Assembly: GCA_030605695.1 (NCBI GenBank)
Contig: JAUWHX010000013.1
Span: 1 to 60,740, forward strand
Direction: 5' to 3'
DNA: 60,740 nt
Source: a bacterium
Lineage (GTDB): Bacteria > Hydrothermota > UBA3073 > JACQXS01
Of this stretch, positions 41,915 to 53,020 are shown in pieces. The position numbers and the translations under genes are program-made. The notes below the pieces were generated by a model, which was not told the DNA's origin, ran no database searches, and was given only the letters and a program-made list of their open reading frames with translations. Every line of letters starts with the position of its first letter. Position 1 is the first letter of the stretch.

Positions 41915-42967
41915 CTATGTCTTATTTAAATACAGTGTCTGAGTTGGGTAAGCAAACTCAACTTCTCGTTTCTCAAGTTCCTCTTTAATTGCAAAGTTAA
42001 TTTCTTGCTGAATATCCATATATTTATTGTAATCACTGCTCATAACATAAAAAACTACCTCAAAGATAAGCGAAAAATCCCCATAAGAGAAGAAATGTGC
42101 CCTGTCAAAAACTGCATCCTCAGTATTTTTTATAATATCTGTAATTATCACTGGTATTTCTTTTAACTGTTGAGAAGTGGTTTGATAGGTAACCCCAAGT
42201 TTAAAAACTACACGACGCTTCTCCATCCTTTTATAGTTACGCACGCGTGAATTGGTAAGGTCAGTATTGGAAAAAACCAATTGTTCTCCACCCAGACTTC
42301 GCACTCTTGTTGTCTTAATTCCAATATACTCAACAGTTCCCAGATACTCTCCAACGATGATAAAATCACCAATCTCAAATGGGCGGTCAAAGAATATAGA
42401 AAAGTAGCTAAATAAGTCTCCCAAGAATGCCTGTGATGCCAGAGCAATTGCCACACCACCAATGCCAAGACCTGCAATCACTGTGGAAATCTTAAAGCCA
42501 AAATTATCTAAAAGAAAAACGAGAGCAAGTCCCCAGATAACTACTTTTACTACTGTAAGCATTCCCTTGAGCGAGCGTTCTCTGGCTTTATCCTTTTCCT
42601 TTTTCAACCAGTAATTTTCAATGGTATATTCAATCAATGCTATTAAAAAGCGGATACCGAAGAATGTTAGAAGAACTATGCCTATGATATTTACTGCTTT
42701 ACTGAATGTTGGGTTTAATGTTAGCTTGCAAATACTTAGATAAAAAGCCCCATAGTAAAGCAAAGGAATTGCTGTTCTCTCAAAGGTATGAATCAAAAAG
42801 TCGTCTATGGTAGTGGCGGTTTTCTCTGCCCATACTTTAAGACGAGCTAAAACAATACGCCTGAATATCCGTACAAGAATGATGCAAGCAAGAAAAACTA
42901 AAAGGCAAATAAGATAATCTAATACACTATTCTGAAAAAATACTCTCTGCATAATCTCTTGAAACAT
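41915..42967 (-). CDS. MscS-family mechanosensitive channel
   Basis: IGDFIIVGEYLGTVEYIGIKTTRVRSLGGEQLVFSNTDL beta-domain. ATG with AAGGAG RBS preferred over the GTG at 42973. Confidence 0.85.
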   Translation of the reverse strand: MFQEIMQRVFFQNSVLDYLICLLVFLACIILVRIFRRIVLARLKVWAEKTATTIDDFLIHTFERTAIPLLYYGAFYLSICKLTLNPTFSKAVNIIGIVLLTFFGIRFLIALIEYTIENYWLKKEKDKARERSLKGMLTVVKVVIWGLALVFLLDNFGFKISTVIAGLGIGGVAIALASQAFLGDLFSYFSIFFDRPFEIGDFIIVGEYLGTVEYIGIKTTRVRSLGGEQLVFSNTDLTNSRVRNYKRMEKRRVVFKLGVTYQTTSQQLKEIPVIITDIIKNTEDAVFDRAHFFSYGDFSLIFEVVFYVMSSDYNKYMDIQQEINFAIKEELEKREVEFAYPTQTLYLNKT

Positions 42968-42983
42968 ATCCACTCTCCTTTAT

Positions 42984-43361
42984 CTATTCTGCCACTGTCT
43001 TTTTTGCCAATCTCCAATGTATAAGAAAGATAGGCATAGCTATAACAAAATATATGAGCATATTGATTAAGTTCTGCCCACCTTCTCGTTTTTCACCCAT
43101 TACAGCGATTTCTTTTTTGTCCTGCCAACGTACCCTGAGTTCTTCATCTGTCAATTGAGATGCGCCTTCGGCTTTCTCCCAGTCAGTTTTGAAGCTCCGA
43201 AATGTAATGACCTTTTCCCATTTCCCCTTAGGCATAGTGAACTCTGGTGAGATAATTTTCACTATTCCATATATTCCCGAACATAGAAAGCCAATACCTA
43301 CTCCCACACAGATGACACACATTATATAAGCATATATTTGTTTTGCAAACCCCTTTTTCAT
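42984..43361 (-). CDS. small two-TM membrane protein
   Basis: ORF with two hydrophobic helices; sits inside an operon. Confidence 0.5.
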   Translation of the reverse strand: MKKGFAKQIYAYIMCVICVGVGIGFLCSGIYGIVKIISPEFTMPKGKWEKVITFRSFKTDWEKAEGASQLTDEELRVRWQDKKEIAVMGEKREGGQNLINMLIYFVIAMPIFLIHWRLAKKTVAE

Positions 43362-43415
43362 TCATCCTCCTTCTTGAAATGATTTTCCCTCATCTTTGTC
43401 AACTACGAGATTCGT

Positions 43416-45146
43416 TCATCCTATCCTATCATCTACATTTGTCAATGATTTTTGAGACTTTTTAATTGCACCCCAGCTTACAATAGCTTCTATAACCATC
43501 CAGATGTTTAATGCCAGAACAATAATACCAATAACAAATAGATGCCACTGATGCCCGTCACAAAATATATTAATGTTTTTAATCATCGCCCAACCAGTCA
43601 TCAGAATCATAAATATCATAGGATATAAAGTATATCCTGTTGGCTTCTTATTCTTCAAAAGATAAACAGTTATTACGAGTAGTGCCAAACCCGCCAGCAA
43701 CTGATTTATGGTTCCAAAAAGGGGCCATAGAATCAATCCTCCCTTGCCACCTCCCTGAGCCATTGCAAGAATAAGAGCAGTAATAATAGCAAATGTAGTA
43801 GCTCCATGTCTTGTAGCCAATGGCTTGATATTGTAGTCTGTTGCGAGTTCCGTGATTACATATCTCTGGATTCTTGTTGCAGTATCAAGAGTAGTTCCTG
43901 CAAAAGAAGCTATAAAAACTCCCATAATAGTTAGAGCTATATTTCTTGGAATACCGTAAGAGTTTAATAGATTAGCCGCTCCATTCATAAATGCACCTAC
44001 CTTTGCACCAAGTCCCGATGCCTCAGCCCATGATACATATTGATAATTCCAGGCACTAACACCCGTGAGAACAGTGCCATCCGGAGTTTTTAAATACATT
44101 CCTATTCCTCCAGCTACTGCAATAATTACCAAAATGGCAAGAACCCCTTCCATTAACATTGACCCATATCCAATAAACTGAGCATCTTTTTCACTGTTAA
44201 GTTGCTTTGAAGATGTTCCAGAACTCACGAGACTATGAAATCCACTAATTGCACCGCAGGCAATAGTAACAAAGATAAATGGCAGGATTGGCGGCGCTCC
44301 TTGTGGATGAAGATTTACAGCCGGTGCAACTATTTTCGGATGAGCAACAAATACACCAATCAGTAAAAGCCCAAGTGCTATAAATAACTCGTGTGCATTT
44401 ATGTAATCTCTTGGTTGAAGAAGTTTCCAGACAGGCATAACACTCGCAATATAAGCATAGGCAAAAAGCACAATGACCCAGAGCGTCAGTGGCTGAAGTC
44501 CAAATAAAGCTGGCATCTTGAGAGGGAAATAAGCTCCAATAATAATTGTAATATACATCATAACTACTGCAATGATAGCGAGTATTGTAACATTTCCCTT
44601 CTTTTTATAAACCTGATAGCCAAGCCACATAGCAATAGGGATTTCCATCCACACAGGAAATACCGAGTGCGGAAACATATCAAACAGAAGAGCAATAATA
44701 AGTCCAAAAATAGCAATGACAATCCAGAGCGAGAAAAAAGTAATCAGCAGCAGGAGAGTTCTCACACGAGGATTGATTATCTGGGCACACAGTTCACCTA
44801 TTGACTTTCCCTGATTTCGAGCTGATATAACGAGCGAGCCAAAATCATGCACAGCACCCATAAATATTGAGCCTAGCACAACCCATATTAGACAAGGAAC
44901 CCAGCCCCAGATTATACCTATTGCTGGTCCTACAATTGGTCCTGTGCCTGCAATTGATGTATAGTGATGCCCAAAAAGAATCTCCCTTTTAGTAGGCAGA
45001 TAATCGGTATCATCTCTGAGTGTATGGGCAGGAGTTTTTGCATCAGGATTAAGCTTAAAAATCTTGCGTGCCAAATATTTCCCGTATGTATTATAGGCAA
45101 TAATATAAAGACCAAACGAAACAACAACAATCAGTATTGAACCCAT
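43416..45146 (-). CDS. cstA: carbon starvation protein CstA (peptide/pyruvate transporter family)
   Basis: 576 aa polytopic protein with a CstA-like N-terminus (LFGHHYTSIAGTGPIVGP). Confidence 0.88.
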   Translation of the reverse strand: MGSILIVVVSFGLYIIAYNTYGKYLARKIFKLNPDAKTPAHTLRDDTDYLPTKREILFGHHYTSIAGTGPIVGPAIGIIWGWVPCLIWVVLGSIFMGAVHDFGSLVISARNQGKSIGELCAQIINPRVRTLLLLITFFSLWIVIAIFGLIIALLFDMFPHSVFPVWMEIPIAMWLGYQVYKKKGNVTILAIIAVVMMYITIIIGAYFPLKMPALFGLQPLTLWVIVLFAYAYIASVMPVWKLLQPRDYINAHELFIALGLLLIGVFVAHPKIVAPAVNLHPQGAPPILPFIFVTIACGAISGFHSLVSSGTSSKQLNSEKDAQFIGYGSMLMEGVLAILVIIAVAGGIGMYLKTPDGTVLTGVSAWNYQYVSWAEASGLGAKVGAFMNGAANLLNSYGIPRNIALTIMGVFIASFAGTTLDTATRIQRYVITELATDYNIKPLATRHGATTFAIITALILAMAQGGGKGGLILWPLFGTINQLLAGLALLVITVYLLKNKKPTGYTLYPMIFMILMTGWAMIKNINIFCDGHQWHLFVIGIIVLALNIWMVIEAIVSWGAIKKSQKSLTNVDDRIG

Positions 45147-46022
45147 TTAATCAGCGAGTGGTAATTTGAATCTTTCAGTAGTTATATCATTCTGATTTAC
45201 CCAACCGGATAGACTATCTGATTTTACTAATACCGCTCCTGGTCCCTCTGCCCAATAGAATTTATCAAATGTTACTTTCCAACCCCTGCGAAGTCCTCCA
45301 ATACATGCAGAGGATTCTTTTTGAATAGCAGATTTAGGGTCAAGATAAACAGGACACCAACGTGTGCAAAATATATCAAAATTTCTGATACAATCCTCTA
45401 CCATCGGAAATCCTGGATAATCGTAACTTGGTTCTACAAAAACCTGAGGAACTTTATATATTTCTTTAGTGCGTGTATTGAAAATAAAAGATTGTCTATA
45501 CAGCATATACCAAAATGTATTTGCTCTGGTTATCAAAGTTATTTCTACCTTGTCAGAAGCAATAACCTTTGTATCAACAAGTACTCCCCAATGGTCAAAA
45601 AGCCTTCTGAAATTTCCATCTCGGTCAAACCCAAGGATAATGAGTTCCGGGTCATCACTCGGACCCGAAAGTCTGCACAACACTTCAGGTCCCATATTGT
45701 TTCTACAACCCTTATCAATGTCTCTAATCTCTATATTTTGAGGTCGTAAAGCATACTCCATATCTGTTACTATTATAGAAGCTTTTGCTCTTCGAAAAAT
45801 CTCTTTAATATCCAAAAGTAATGAATCTTCTGCATTGAGAAGGAGAAATGTTCCATTACCATCTATTATATCGTGTTGTCCTTCATAATATTCTCCAGAA
45901 GCCACATAGAAAAGTACACTTTGACCAAGTGAATATCTGGCAATTATAGTATCTACCTTCTGAGCATAAGTATTCTGAGTTATTACGAAAAGTATCAAGA
46001 AAACTGAAGTAATAAATTTCAT
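45147..46022 (-). CDS. hypothetical exported protein
   Basis: Signal peptide. Overlaps the tyrS stop and abuts the cstA start. Confidence 0.5.
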   Translation of the reverse strand: MKFITSVFLILFVITQNTYAQKVDTIIARYSLGQSVLFYVASGEYYEGQHDIIDGNGTFLLLNAEDSLLLDIKEIFRRAKASIIVTDMEYALRPQNIEIRDIDKGCRNNMGPEVLCRLSGPSDDPELIILGFDRDGNFRRLFDHWGVLVDTKVIASDKVEITLITRANTFWYMLYRQSFIFNTRTKEIYKVPQVFVEPSYDYPGFPMVEDCIRNFDIFCTRWCPVYLDPKSAIQKESSACIGGLRRGWKVTFDKFYWAEGPGAVLVKSDSLSGWVNQNDITTERFKLPLAD

Positions 46023-47197
46023 CTAACTTTTATTTTCAGGAATTTACGCTTGCCTACTTTGAGAATTATATCCTTTTCTATCTCAAGCTCAAGATTGGTA
46101 TCCTTCACAGTAATTCTATCAAGCTTTACTCCTCCTTGCTCAATTAACCTTCGTGCTTCATTTCTTGTTGGTGCAAGTCCTGAATCCACAAGCAATTTAA
46201 CTATCCATATTTTCTTCTCCTGAGGCGTATAGCTTGGAATCTCCGTTGGTAATTCCTTTTTACTAAAAACTTGCAAGAATTCTTCTTCTGCTTTTCTTGC
46301 TTCTTCCTGCGAATGATATATTGACACAACCTCACGAGCAAGCCGAAGTTTTATATCTCTCGGATTTGTGCCTTCCTTTAAATTTCTCTTTATGTTATTT
46401 ATCTCTATCTCGTTAAGATTTGTTGTGAGTTCTAAATACTTGAGAATCAAAGTATCAGGAATAGACATAAGTTTTCCAAACATCTCTTTTGGTGACTCAG
46501 TTATACCTACATAATTACCATAACTTTTGCTCATCTTGCGGACTCCATCTAATCCCTCAAGAAGTGGCATCATAATTGCAACTTGAAGCTCTTGCCCAAA
46601 TACTCTTTGCAGTTCTCTACCAAATAAGAGATTGAATTTCTGGTCGGTTCCACCAAGCTCAATATCAGCACGCACAGCCACTGAATCATACCCTTGAAAA
46701 AGAGCATAAAGCAACTCATGTAAGGCAATTGGCTCATTCTTCTTTAGTCTCTTTGATATATCATCTCTCTCAATCACTTGAGCTACAGTAAATTTTGCGG
46801 CGAGCTTTATTATATCTTCGGAACTGAGTTTGCCAAGCCACTCTGAGTTATATCTAAATTCCGTTTGCTTTTCCTTCAAAATCTTAAATATTTGTGGTTT
46901 ATAATTCTCCATATTTTCCTTAATTTCAGCATCTGTAAGTTGGGGTCTTGTTTTATTTCTACCTGACGGGTCACCGATTTTTGCTGTGAAATCTCCTACA
47001 ATAAGCACTGCCTGGTGCCCCAAATCTTGAAAATCTCTTAATTTCCTCAAAACAACTGCCAGCCCGAGATGGATATCCGGAGCAGTAGGGTCTATCCCAA
47101 GTTTCACTCTTAATTTTTCGCTTCTCTTAAGCTTCTCAAATAATTCATCCTCAGGTATAATTTCAACAGTATTTCTCTTTATCACCTCTATATCCAT
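46019..47197 (-). CDS. tyrS: tyrosine--tRNA ligase
   Basis: HLGLAV (HIGH-like) and KMSKS motifs, S4-like C-terminus. Confidence 0.92.
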   Translation of the reverse strand: MDIEVIKRNTVEIIPEDELFEKLKRSEKLRVKLGIDPTAPDIHLGLAVVLRKLRDFQDLGHQAVLIVGDFTAKIGDPSGRNKTRPQLTDAEIKENMENYKPQIFKILKEKQTEFRYNSEWLGKLSSEDIIKLAAKFTVAQVIERDDISKRLKKNEPIALHELLYALFQGYDSVAVRADIELGGTDQKFNLLFGRELQRVFGQELQVAIMMPLLEGLDGVRKMSKSYGNYVGITESPKEMFGKLMSIPDTLILKYLELTTNLNEIEINNIKRNLKEGTNPRDIKLRLAREVVSIYHSQEEARKAEEEFLQVFSKKELPTEIPSYTPQEKKIWIVKLLVDSGLAPTRNEARRLIEQGGVKLDRITVKDTNLELEIEKDIILKVGKRKFLKIKVR

Positions 47198-47232
47198 AAT
47201 TCCTAATTTATTCCCAAAATTTAATCTGTCAA
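47195..47232 (-). promoter_or_regulatory. putative leaderless promoter of the tyrS operon
   Basis: TTGACA(47227-47232)-16-TAAATT(47205-47210)-7-ATG. Confidence 0.55.
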
Positions 47233-47345
47233 CTTTTTAATTGGGGAACAAATCCGTCAGTCGCTCGTGAAGTCTGCGACAGACTCTGTGAGCTGACGGT
47301 TGACAGTTTAAAGGTTTAAGGGTTGGAACTTCGTGTTATTTGTGG

Positions 47346-48296
47346 TTACTGAAAAAACTGCTCAATACGCTCATTAACTCCTGATTCTACATATCTTGCG
47401 GCTGTGTAGATTGCATTTCTTATAGCTTCTGAATTTGACCTTCCATGACATATTATAGTTACTCCTTTGGTTCCAAGCAAGAGTGCTCCGCCATACTTTT
47501 CATAATTTAGTCTTGAGAAGTGTTCTTTGAAGGCAGTTTTGAGAAGAAAACCACCTAATTTTGCTTTGAATGAACTTTTTATAGCACCTCTTAATGTAGC
47601 TTGAGTCGTTTCAATCACACTTTCCCCAAATTTAAGCATCACATTTCCTACAACTCCATCACACACTACAACATCAGCTATTCCTCTCAGTATATTGTGT
47701 CCTTCTATATTACCCAAGAAATTCAACTCCGAATCCTGCATAAGAGTAAAAACTTCTTTCGTCAATGAGCTTCCTTTACTTTTCTCTTCTCCTATCGAAA
47801 GAATTGCCACAGATGGATTTTTTTTGCCAGTAACTCCTTCTACACATAGAGCTCCCATTACTCCAAATTGATAAAGGTCGTCTGCACGCACCTCAGGAAC
47901 AGCTCCTACATCAAGGACAAAAGTATATCCGTCTTTATTTGGGAAAAATGTTCCGAGAGCAGGTCTCCTCACGCCTTTAATCCTACCAAGCTCAAGCAAA
48001 CTAAACATCACATAAGCACCTGTATTCCCAGCTCCCACAAAGGCATCTATCTGATGTTCTTTTTGGAGCCGTGTTCCAATCGCGATCGAAGAGTCTTTTT
48101 TCTTTCTAAATGCGTCTTGAGGCGACTCATCCATTTTAACTATACTTGGAGAATGTATGATTTTTGATTCGGGGACTTTACCGGCAAGTAGTGATTTATC
48201 TCCTATCAATCGGACATCTACATCTATTCCCTGGATTGCTTCTATAATAACTTGGGGGGCATAATCACCCCCCATAGCATCAACTCCTATAATCAC
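47346..48296 (-). CDS. plsX: phosphate acyltransferase PlsX
   Basis: IGVDAMGGDYAP start, 316 aa. Confidence 0.9.
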   Translation of the reverse strand: MIIGVDAMGGDYAPQVIIEAIQGIDVDVRLIGDKSLLAGKVPESKIIHSPSIVKMDESPQDAFRKKKDSSIAIGTRLQKEHQIDAFVGAGNTGAYVMFSLLELGRIKGVRRPALGTFFPNKDGYTFVLDVGAVPEVRADDLYQFGVMGALCVEGVTGKKNPSVAILSIGEEKSKGSSLTKEVFTLMQDSELNFLGNIEGHNILRGIADVVVCDGVVGNVMLKFGESVIETTQATLRGAIKSSFKAKLGGFLLKTAFKEHFSRLNYEKYGGALLLGTKGVTIICHGRSNSEAIRNAIYTAARYVESGVNERIEQFFQ

Positions 48297-48300
48297 TTCT

Positions 48301-50430
48301 TTATTGAGATAAGATTCTGAATTCTATACGGCGATTTTGGGCTCTCCCAGCTCCAGTGCTATTAGATGCAATTGGCTGACTCTCTCCATATCCACGAGTG
48401 CGAAGCTTTGATGACGAAATCCCATGCTCAACAAGGAACCTCTTCACTGACTCAGCACGAAGAGCCGATAGCTCACGATTGTATGAATCACTCCCAACCC
48501 AATCTGTATGTCCCCCAATCTCAATCATCACTTCAGGATGTTTCTTGAGAAGCTCAACCGCCTCATCAAGAATAGAATAAGATGAGGGCTTAATATCTGC
48601 ACGGTTGAATTCAAATGTAATGCCGTGAAGCACAATCTTCTCTTCCTTCTTGAAAAGCTCGAAATCCCTCACGGTAGTAGCTTCTGGATTGCAAACTACC
48701 ACAACTCCCTCTGGCACATATCCTTTAGACTTCACCTTTACCTGATGAGTTCCTGCAGGAATTTCTGCCTTGTAAGTGCCGGTCTCGGGGTCAGTATGAA
48801 TATCTGGAATCTCTGTTCCTGGGAAACTGATAGTGGCTCCAATACCTTTACGAGAAGAATAGTCAATTGTTTTGCCAGCAAGAGTAGAAACCCGAGCTAA
48901 AGGCGTTAATTCAAAATCCAGGACCGTAGTCTCTCCAGCTTTCAATACTGCTGGATTAGTCTGAGGAGTATAGCCCGATTTTTTCACTCGGACTACATAA
49001 GTGCCAGGAGATATTTCTGTTCTATACACTCCACTTGCATCTGATTTTACTTCAGGAAAATCAGACTCCGGGAAAGAAATAGTTGCAATACATGGTTTGC
49101 GAGAAATCTTATCTATCACTTTTCCAGTCAATATAGAAAGCTTCGTTACTTCTTTACGCCCAAGTCTGAAATTGATAACTTCTGTTGCCCCACTTGTTAC
49201 ATACCTTGTAACTTCAGGAGACTGTTTATATTCTCCTTTCCGTAAAGGAGAAGCATAGATTACAACTTTCCCAGCTGGAATTTCAACCTGGTATCTTCCT
49301 CCTTCTTTAGTTGTTACTGTAGTATCAGCTAAATGAATTTTTGCCAGAACTGGTTTTCCATCGACATTATCCATTACCCTACCTGCAATTATAGTTTTTT
49401 CATCTGGTGGAGGTGGCATAAAATCAAATGCTTGTGAAATAGTAAAGTTAATTGCCCACTGTGGTGCGTTTCCAAAGCCACCTTGAATATGATATTTCTT
49501 ATTACTGAATTCCTTTGGCTCACCAGAAACTCTAAAATCCGGCACAAGGGTCATCCATATATTAGGAGCTGTCTCAAACCTCAAACCTGGAGATATATAA
49601 ATTCCCCCATCATCGTATTTTCCTATTCTATGCTCTCCATATACTTCTATAAATGGGGCAAACTTTGGATAAATTACTTCTACTCCTCCTCCATAAACAA
49701 GTTTACCGCAAACATTTGGATAAGGATAACTAATATATCCAAAATTGAGATGCACAGGAAGTTTTGGCACCTCTCCGAGGTTAAAAGTAAGAAGAGCTTT
49801 ACCCCCAGTAGTTAAACCTCCAGAAGTATAGAAACGGTGAATTCCGCCTTCGCCAAACCTGCAGGGTTCCCCCAATACAGTATCCGCGGCACAGCGTTTT
49901 TCCATCTTTCCTCTGGCTGCACCTGTATAGAAAGAGATCATTGGATAAATTCCAAAATCAACTACTTTTCTTAGTTCAGGAGAAAAAAGGAGTTTTGAGG
50001 GAACAAATTTTCCTCCAATCCATATATCTCCCCATCCATAACTCACAGCACCTGCCCCCTCAGCGTCACCAGAAACTACATTAGCGGTTCTCATCATATC
50101 AGCAAAAAAAGTAGTGTTCAAATTTAAGCTTGCATAATCAGTAAATGAGAATCCTATTCCTATTGGTGCATCTCCAATTACACATCGCCCTTTATCAGTG
50201 ACAGACATCGGATTGCCATTTTTATCCGTTGTTGGTAAAAATTCATCTGGTATAGGATCTGAACTCGTCATCCAATATGCTCTGAGTCCCAAAATATAAT
50301 TAAATCTACCAGCAGGTTCCACTTCTGCTGAGATAATTCTTCTGAGTCCGCGAGTCCCTGTATTATTTGGCATACCCCACATAGGAGTAGCCGTGCAAAA
50401 AACTAATAAAATTAATCCTAATTTCTTCAT
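48301..50430 (-). CDS. OmpA-family outer-membrane protein with a barrel-like N-terminal region and carboxypeptidase-regulatory-like Ig domains
   Basis: C-terminal GGHTDWVGSDSYNRELSALRAESV OmpA motif. Start set at MKKLGLILL with AGGAGG RBS. Confidence 0.8.
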   Translation of the reverse strand: MKKLGLILLVFCTATPMWGMPNNTGTRGLRRIISAEVEPAGRFNYILGLRAYWMTSSDPIPDEFLPTTDKNGNPMSVTDKGRCVIGDAPIGIGFSFTDYASLNLNTTFFADMMRTANVVSGDAEGAGAVSYGWGDIWIGGKFVPSKLLFSPELRKVVDFGIYPMISFYTGAARGKMEKRCAADTVLGEPCRFGEGGIHRFYTSGGLTTGGKALLTFNLGEVPKLPVHLNFGYISYPYPNVCGKLVYGGGVEVIYPKFAPFIEVYGEHRIGKYDDGGIYISPGLRFETAPNIWMTLVPDFRVSGEPKEFSNKKYHIQGGFGNAPQWAINFTISQAFDFMPPPPDEKTIIAGRVMDNVDGKPVLAKIHLADTTVTTKEGGRYQVEIPAGKVVIYASPLRKGEYKQSPEVTRYVTSGATEVINFRLGRKEVTKLSILTGKVIDKISRKPCIATISFPESDFPEVKSDASGVYRTEISPGTYVVRVKKSGYTPQTNPAVLKAGETTVLDFELTPLARVSTLAGKTIDYSSRKGIGATISFPGTEIPDIHTDPETGTYKAEIPAGTHQVKVKSKGYVPEGVVVVCNPEATTVRDFELFKKEEKIVLHGITFEFNRADIKPSSYSILDEAVELLKKHPEVMIEIGGHTDWVGSDSYNRELSALRAESVKRFLVEHGISSSKLRTRGYGESQPIASNSTGAGRAQNRRIEFRILSQ

Positions 50431-50611
50431 TTTACACCTCCTATCTTCCCAAATACTATACCATTTAGCTTTGTCAAGAAAAATATCAGAAAACCTTTTC
50501 CCTCTCACAATTTCAAGAAACTAATGCAAGTTTTGGGTAAATAAACTCGTGAATTTCAAGGAATTACAGCAATTTTTGCCTCAAATTTGAGCAAAGCTTC
50601 AAAGTTTTGAC

Positions 50612-50651
50612 TTGACAGTAAATGATAAAAAGATAATATAAGTTAATTATG
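50612..50651 (+). promoter_or_regulatory. putative leaderless or near-leaderless promoter
   Basis: TTGACA(50612-50617)-16-TAATAT(50634-50639)-9-ATG(50649). Confidence 0.5.
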
Positions 50652-51980
50652 TTCGCAGAATCCGCTGGAAAAGAGAGAGTTATAATTATGGGAGCTGCAG
50701 GAAGAGATTTTCATAATTTCAACACTTATTTCCGTAACAATCCACAATATGAGGTAATAGCTTTCACTGCTACTCAGATTCCAAATATTGATGGTCGCAG
50801 GTATCCAAGCTCATTAGCTGGCAAGCTTTATCCCGAAGGAATACCAATATATCCAGAATCTGAGCTTAAGAGTTTAATCAAGAAGCATCAGATAGACCTT
50901 GTTATATTCTCTTACTCTGATGTTCCTCATCTGGAAGTAATGCACAAAGGTTCGGAGGTCTTAAGCTATGGTGCAAATTATATGTTACTTGGACCACACT
51001 CAACAATGGTTACTTCAAATAAGCCAGTTTTGGCAATTGGATCTGTTCGGACAGGATGTGGGAAATCTCAAACAACCAGGAAAATTGCTAAAATTTTGAA
51101 AAGTTGGGGCAAAAAAGTCGTAGTAATCCGCCATCCAATGCCTTATGGCGACCTTGCTCAACAAGTAGTTCAGAGATTTGCATCTCTTGAAGACCTTGAA
51201 ATATGCACTATTGAGGAACGAGAAGAATATGAATCACACATTGAGATGGATACCGTCGTATATGCAGGAGTAGATTACGAGAAGATTCTTCGTCAGGCAG
51301 AAACTGAAGCAGATATAATCTTATGGGATGGTGGGAATAATGATTTTCCATTTTATAATCCAGACCTCTTTATTGTGGTAACTGACCCATTAAGAGTAGG
51401 AGACGAACTTCTTTATTATCCGGGAGAAACATGTCTGCGGATGGCTTGTGTAGTTATAATAAACAAGGTTGACACAGCAAAAAAAGAGGATATTGTCTTA
51501 TTAAGGGAAAATATCAAGAAAGTAAATCCAGAAGCTCAAATTATTGAAGCTCGAAGCCCGGTATTTGTGGATAATCCGGATAATATAAGAGGTAAAAGTG
51601 TCCTTGTAATTGAAGATGGCCCAACCCTTACTCATGGTGGAATGTCATATGGAGCTGGATTTGTTGCCGCCCAGAGATTTGGTGCCGGCAAAATAGTTGA
51701 CCCAAGACCTTATGCAGAGGGGTCTATATTACACACCTATGAAAAATACAAAAATACAGGTCCTGTACTTCCTGCAATGGGATATAGTCCGAAACAGATA
51801 AAAGAACTTGAGCTTACTATAAACAGAGTCCCCTGTGATATAGTTATAATAGCCACTCCGATTGACTTATCTAAAATTGTAAATATCAATAGACCTTTTG
51901 TGAGAGTTCAATACGAATTGGAAGAAGTAGGCAAACCAGATCTTGAGGAAATATTGAGTGAATGGGTAAAGAAAACTTGA
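50649..51980 (+). CDS. COG2403-like P-loop protein (predicted GTPase / cyclic 2,3-diphosphoglycerate synthetase-like)
   Basis: VIIMGAAGRDFHNFN N-terminus and GSVRTGCGKSQTT P-loop. Family assignment is from memory only. Confidence 0.55.
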   Translation: MFAESAGKERVIIMGAAGRDFHNFNTYFRNNPQYEVIAFTATQIPNIDGRRYPSSLAGKLYPEGIPIYPESELKSLIKKHQIDLVIFSYSDVPHLEVMHKGSEVLSYGANYMLLGPHSTMVTSNKPVLAIGSVRTGCGKSQTTRKIAKILKSWGKKVVVIRHPMPYGDLAQQVVQRFASLEDLEICTIEEREEYESHIEMDTVVYAGVDYEKILRQAETEADIILWDGGNNDFPFYNPDLFIVVTDPLRVGDELLYYPGETCLRMACVVIINKVDTAKKEDIVLLRENIKKVNPEAQIIEARSPVFVDNPDNIRGKSVLVIEDGPTLTHGGMSYGAGFVAAQRFGAGKIVDPRPYAEGSILHTYEKYKNTGPVLPAMGYSPKQIKELELTINRVPCDIVIIATPIDLSKIVNINRPFVRVQYELEEVGKPDLEEILSEWVKKT

Positions 51981-52017
51981 CAATCTTAACTTCGTATATA
52001 TTATAATTTAGATTATG
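51977..52017 (+). promoter_or_regulatory. putative leaderless promoter (long spacer)
   Basis: TTGACA(51977-51982)-19-TATAAT(52002-52007)-7-ATG(52015). The -35 overlaps the upstream stop codon. Confidence 0.4.
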
Positions 52018-53010
52018 GTTAAAGCTTTAATTTCACTTGGTAGTCTTGGTTTTGTTCTTTCAACAATTCTTTCAATTGCTTATGCAAAACTTGCCATAAA
52101 GGTATCCCTTAAAGAGAAGCAAATCCTTGACGCTTTACCCGGTGCAAATTGTGGAGCTTGTGGTTTTCCCGGATGTGAGGGATATGCAAGCACACTCGCA
52201 AAAGAGGAAACTGAAATTGGATTGTGTCCTGTTGGAGGTCTTGACCTATCAACCAAACTTTCCGAGATACTTGGAGTAGAAGCAAAAGAAATTGAGCCAA
52301 AAGTTGCAGTAATTAGATGTAGTGGTGGGATAAATAATACTAAAGAGAAATTTAACTATGTGGGGCTCAAAAATTGTGTAGGAGCCCGACTTGTGGCTGG
52401 GGGGTCAAAGTCTTGTTTATATGGATGTATTGGGCTTGGAGATTGTGTTCTCGTATGTAAATTTGATGCTATTAAAATGGGAGATGATGGACTTCCAATA
52501 ATAAATGACAAAAAGTGTATCGGATGTGGTTTATGTAGTGATGCCTGTCCTCAAAACCTGATTGAACTTCTCCCAAAAGCGGAAAAAATTTATGTGAGTT
52601 GCAGTTCTCCTGAGTCTGCGAAACGAACAAAGCTTAATTGCAAGATAGGGTGCATTGGATGCAAACTATGTGAACGGAATTGTCCGTATAATGCAATAAA
52701 AATTGAGAATGGAATGGCACGAATAAACTTTGAGCTCTGTGAGAACTGTGGAATTTGTGTTAAGAAATGTCCAACCGGTGCAATTGTTGATAAGCTAAAG
52801 TCAAGACCCAAAGCTATGATTGGGATTAATTGTACAGGATGTGGAAAATGTAATGAGGTATGTCCAATGAATGCCATTTCTGGAGAACCGGGTGAACAAC
52901 ATCATGTGGATTTCAATAAGTGCATAGGGTGTGCTCTATGTACAAAAGTTTGCGAATCTGAAGCAATCACAATGGCATTTTCACTTGGATATTCGGTTGC
53001 AAACTTGTAA
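52015..53010 (+). CDS. RnfB-like membrane-anchored polyferredoxin (no other rnf genes nearby)
   Basis: N-terminal TM, LPGANCGACGFPGCEGYA RnfB-type cluster, then several CxxCxxCxxxCP 4Fe-4S motifs. Confidence 0.8.
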   Translation: MVKALISLGSLGFVLSTILSIAYAKLAIKVSLKEKQILDALPGANCGACGFPGCEGYASTLAKEETEIGLCPVGGLDLSTKLSEILGVEAKEIEPKVAVIRCSGGINNTKEKFNYVGLKNCVGARLVAGGSKSCLYGCIGLGDCVLVCKFDAIKMGDDGLPIINDKKCIGCGLCSDACPQNLIELLPKAEKIYVSCSSPESAKRTKLNCKIGCIGCKLCERNCPYNAIKIENGMARINFELCENCGICVKKCPTGAIVDKLKSRPKAMIGINCTGCGKCNEVCPMNAISGEPGEQHHVDFNKCIGCALCTKVCESEAITMAFSLGYSVANL

Positions 53011-53020
53011 AGGAGGTATA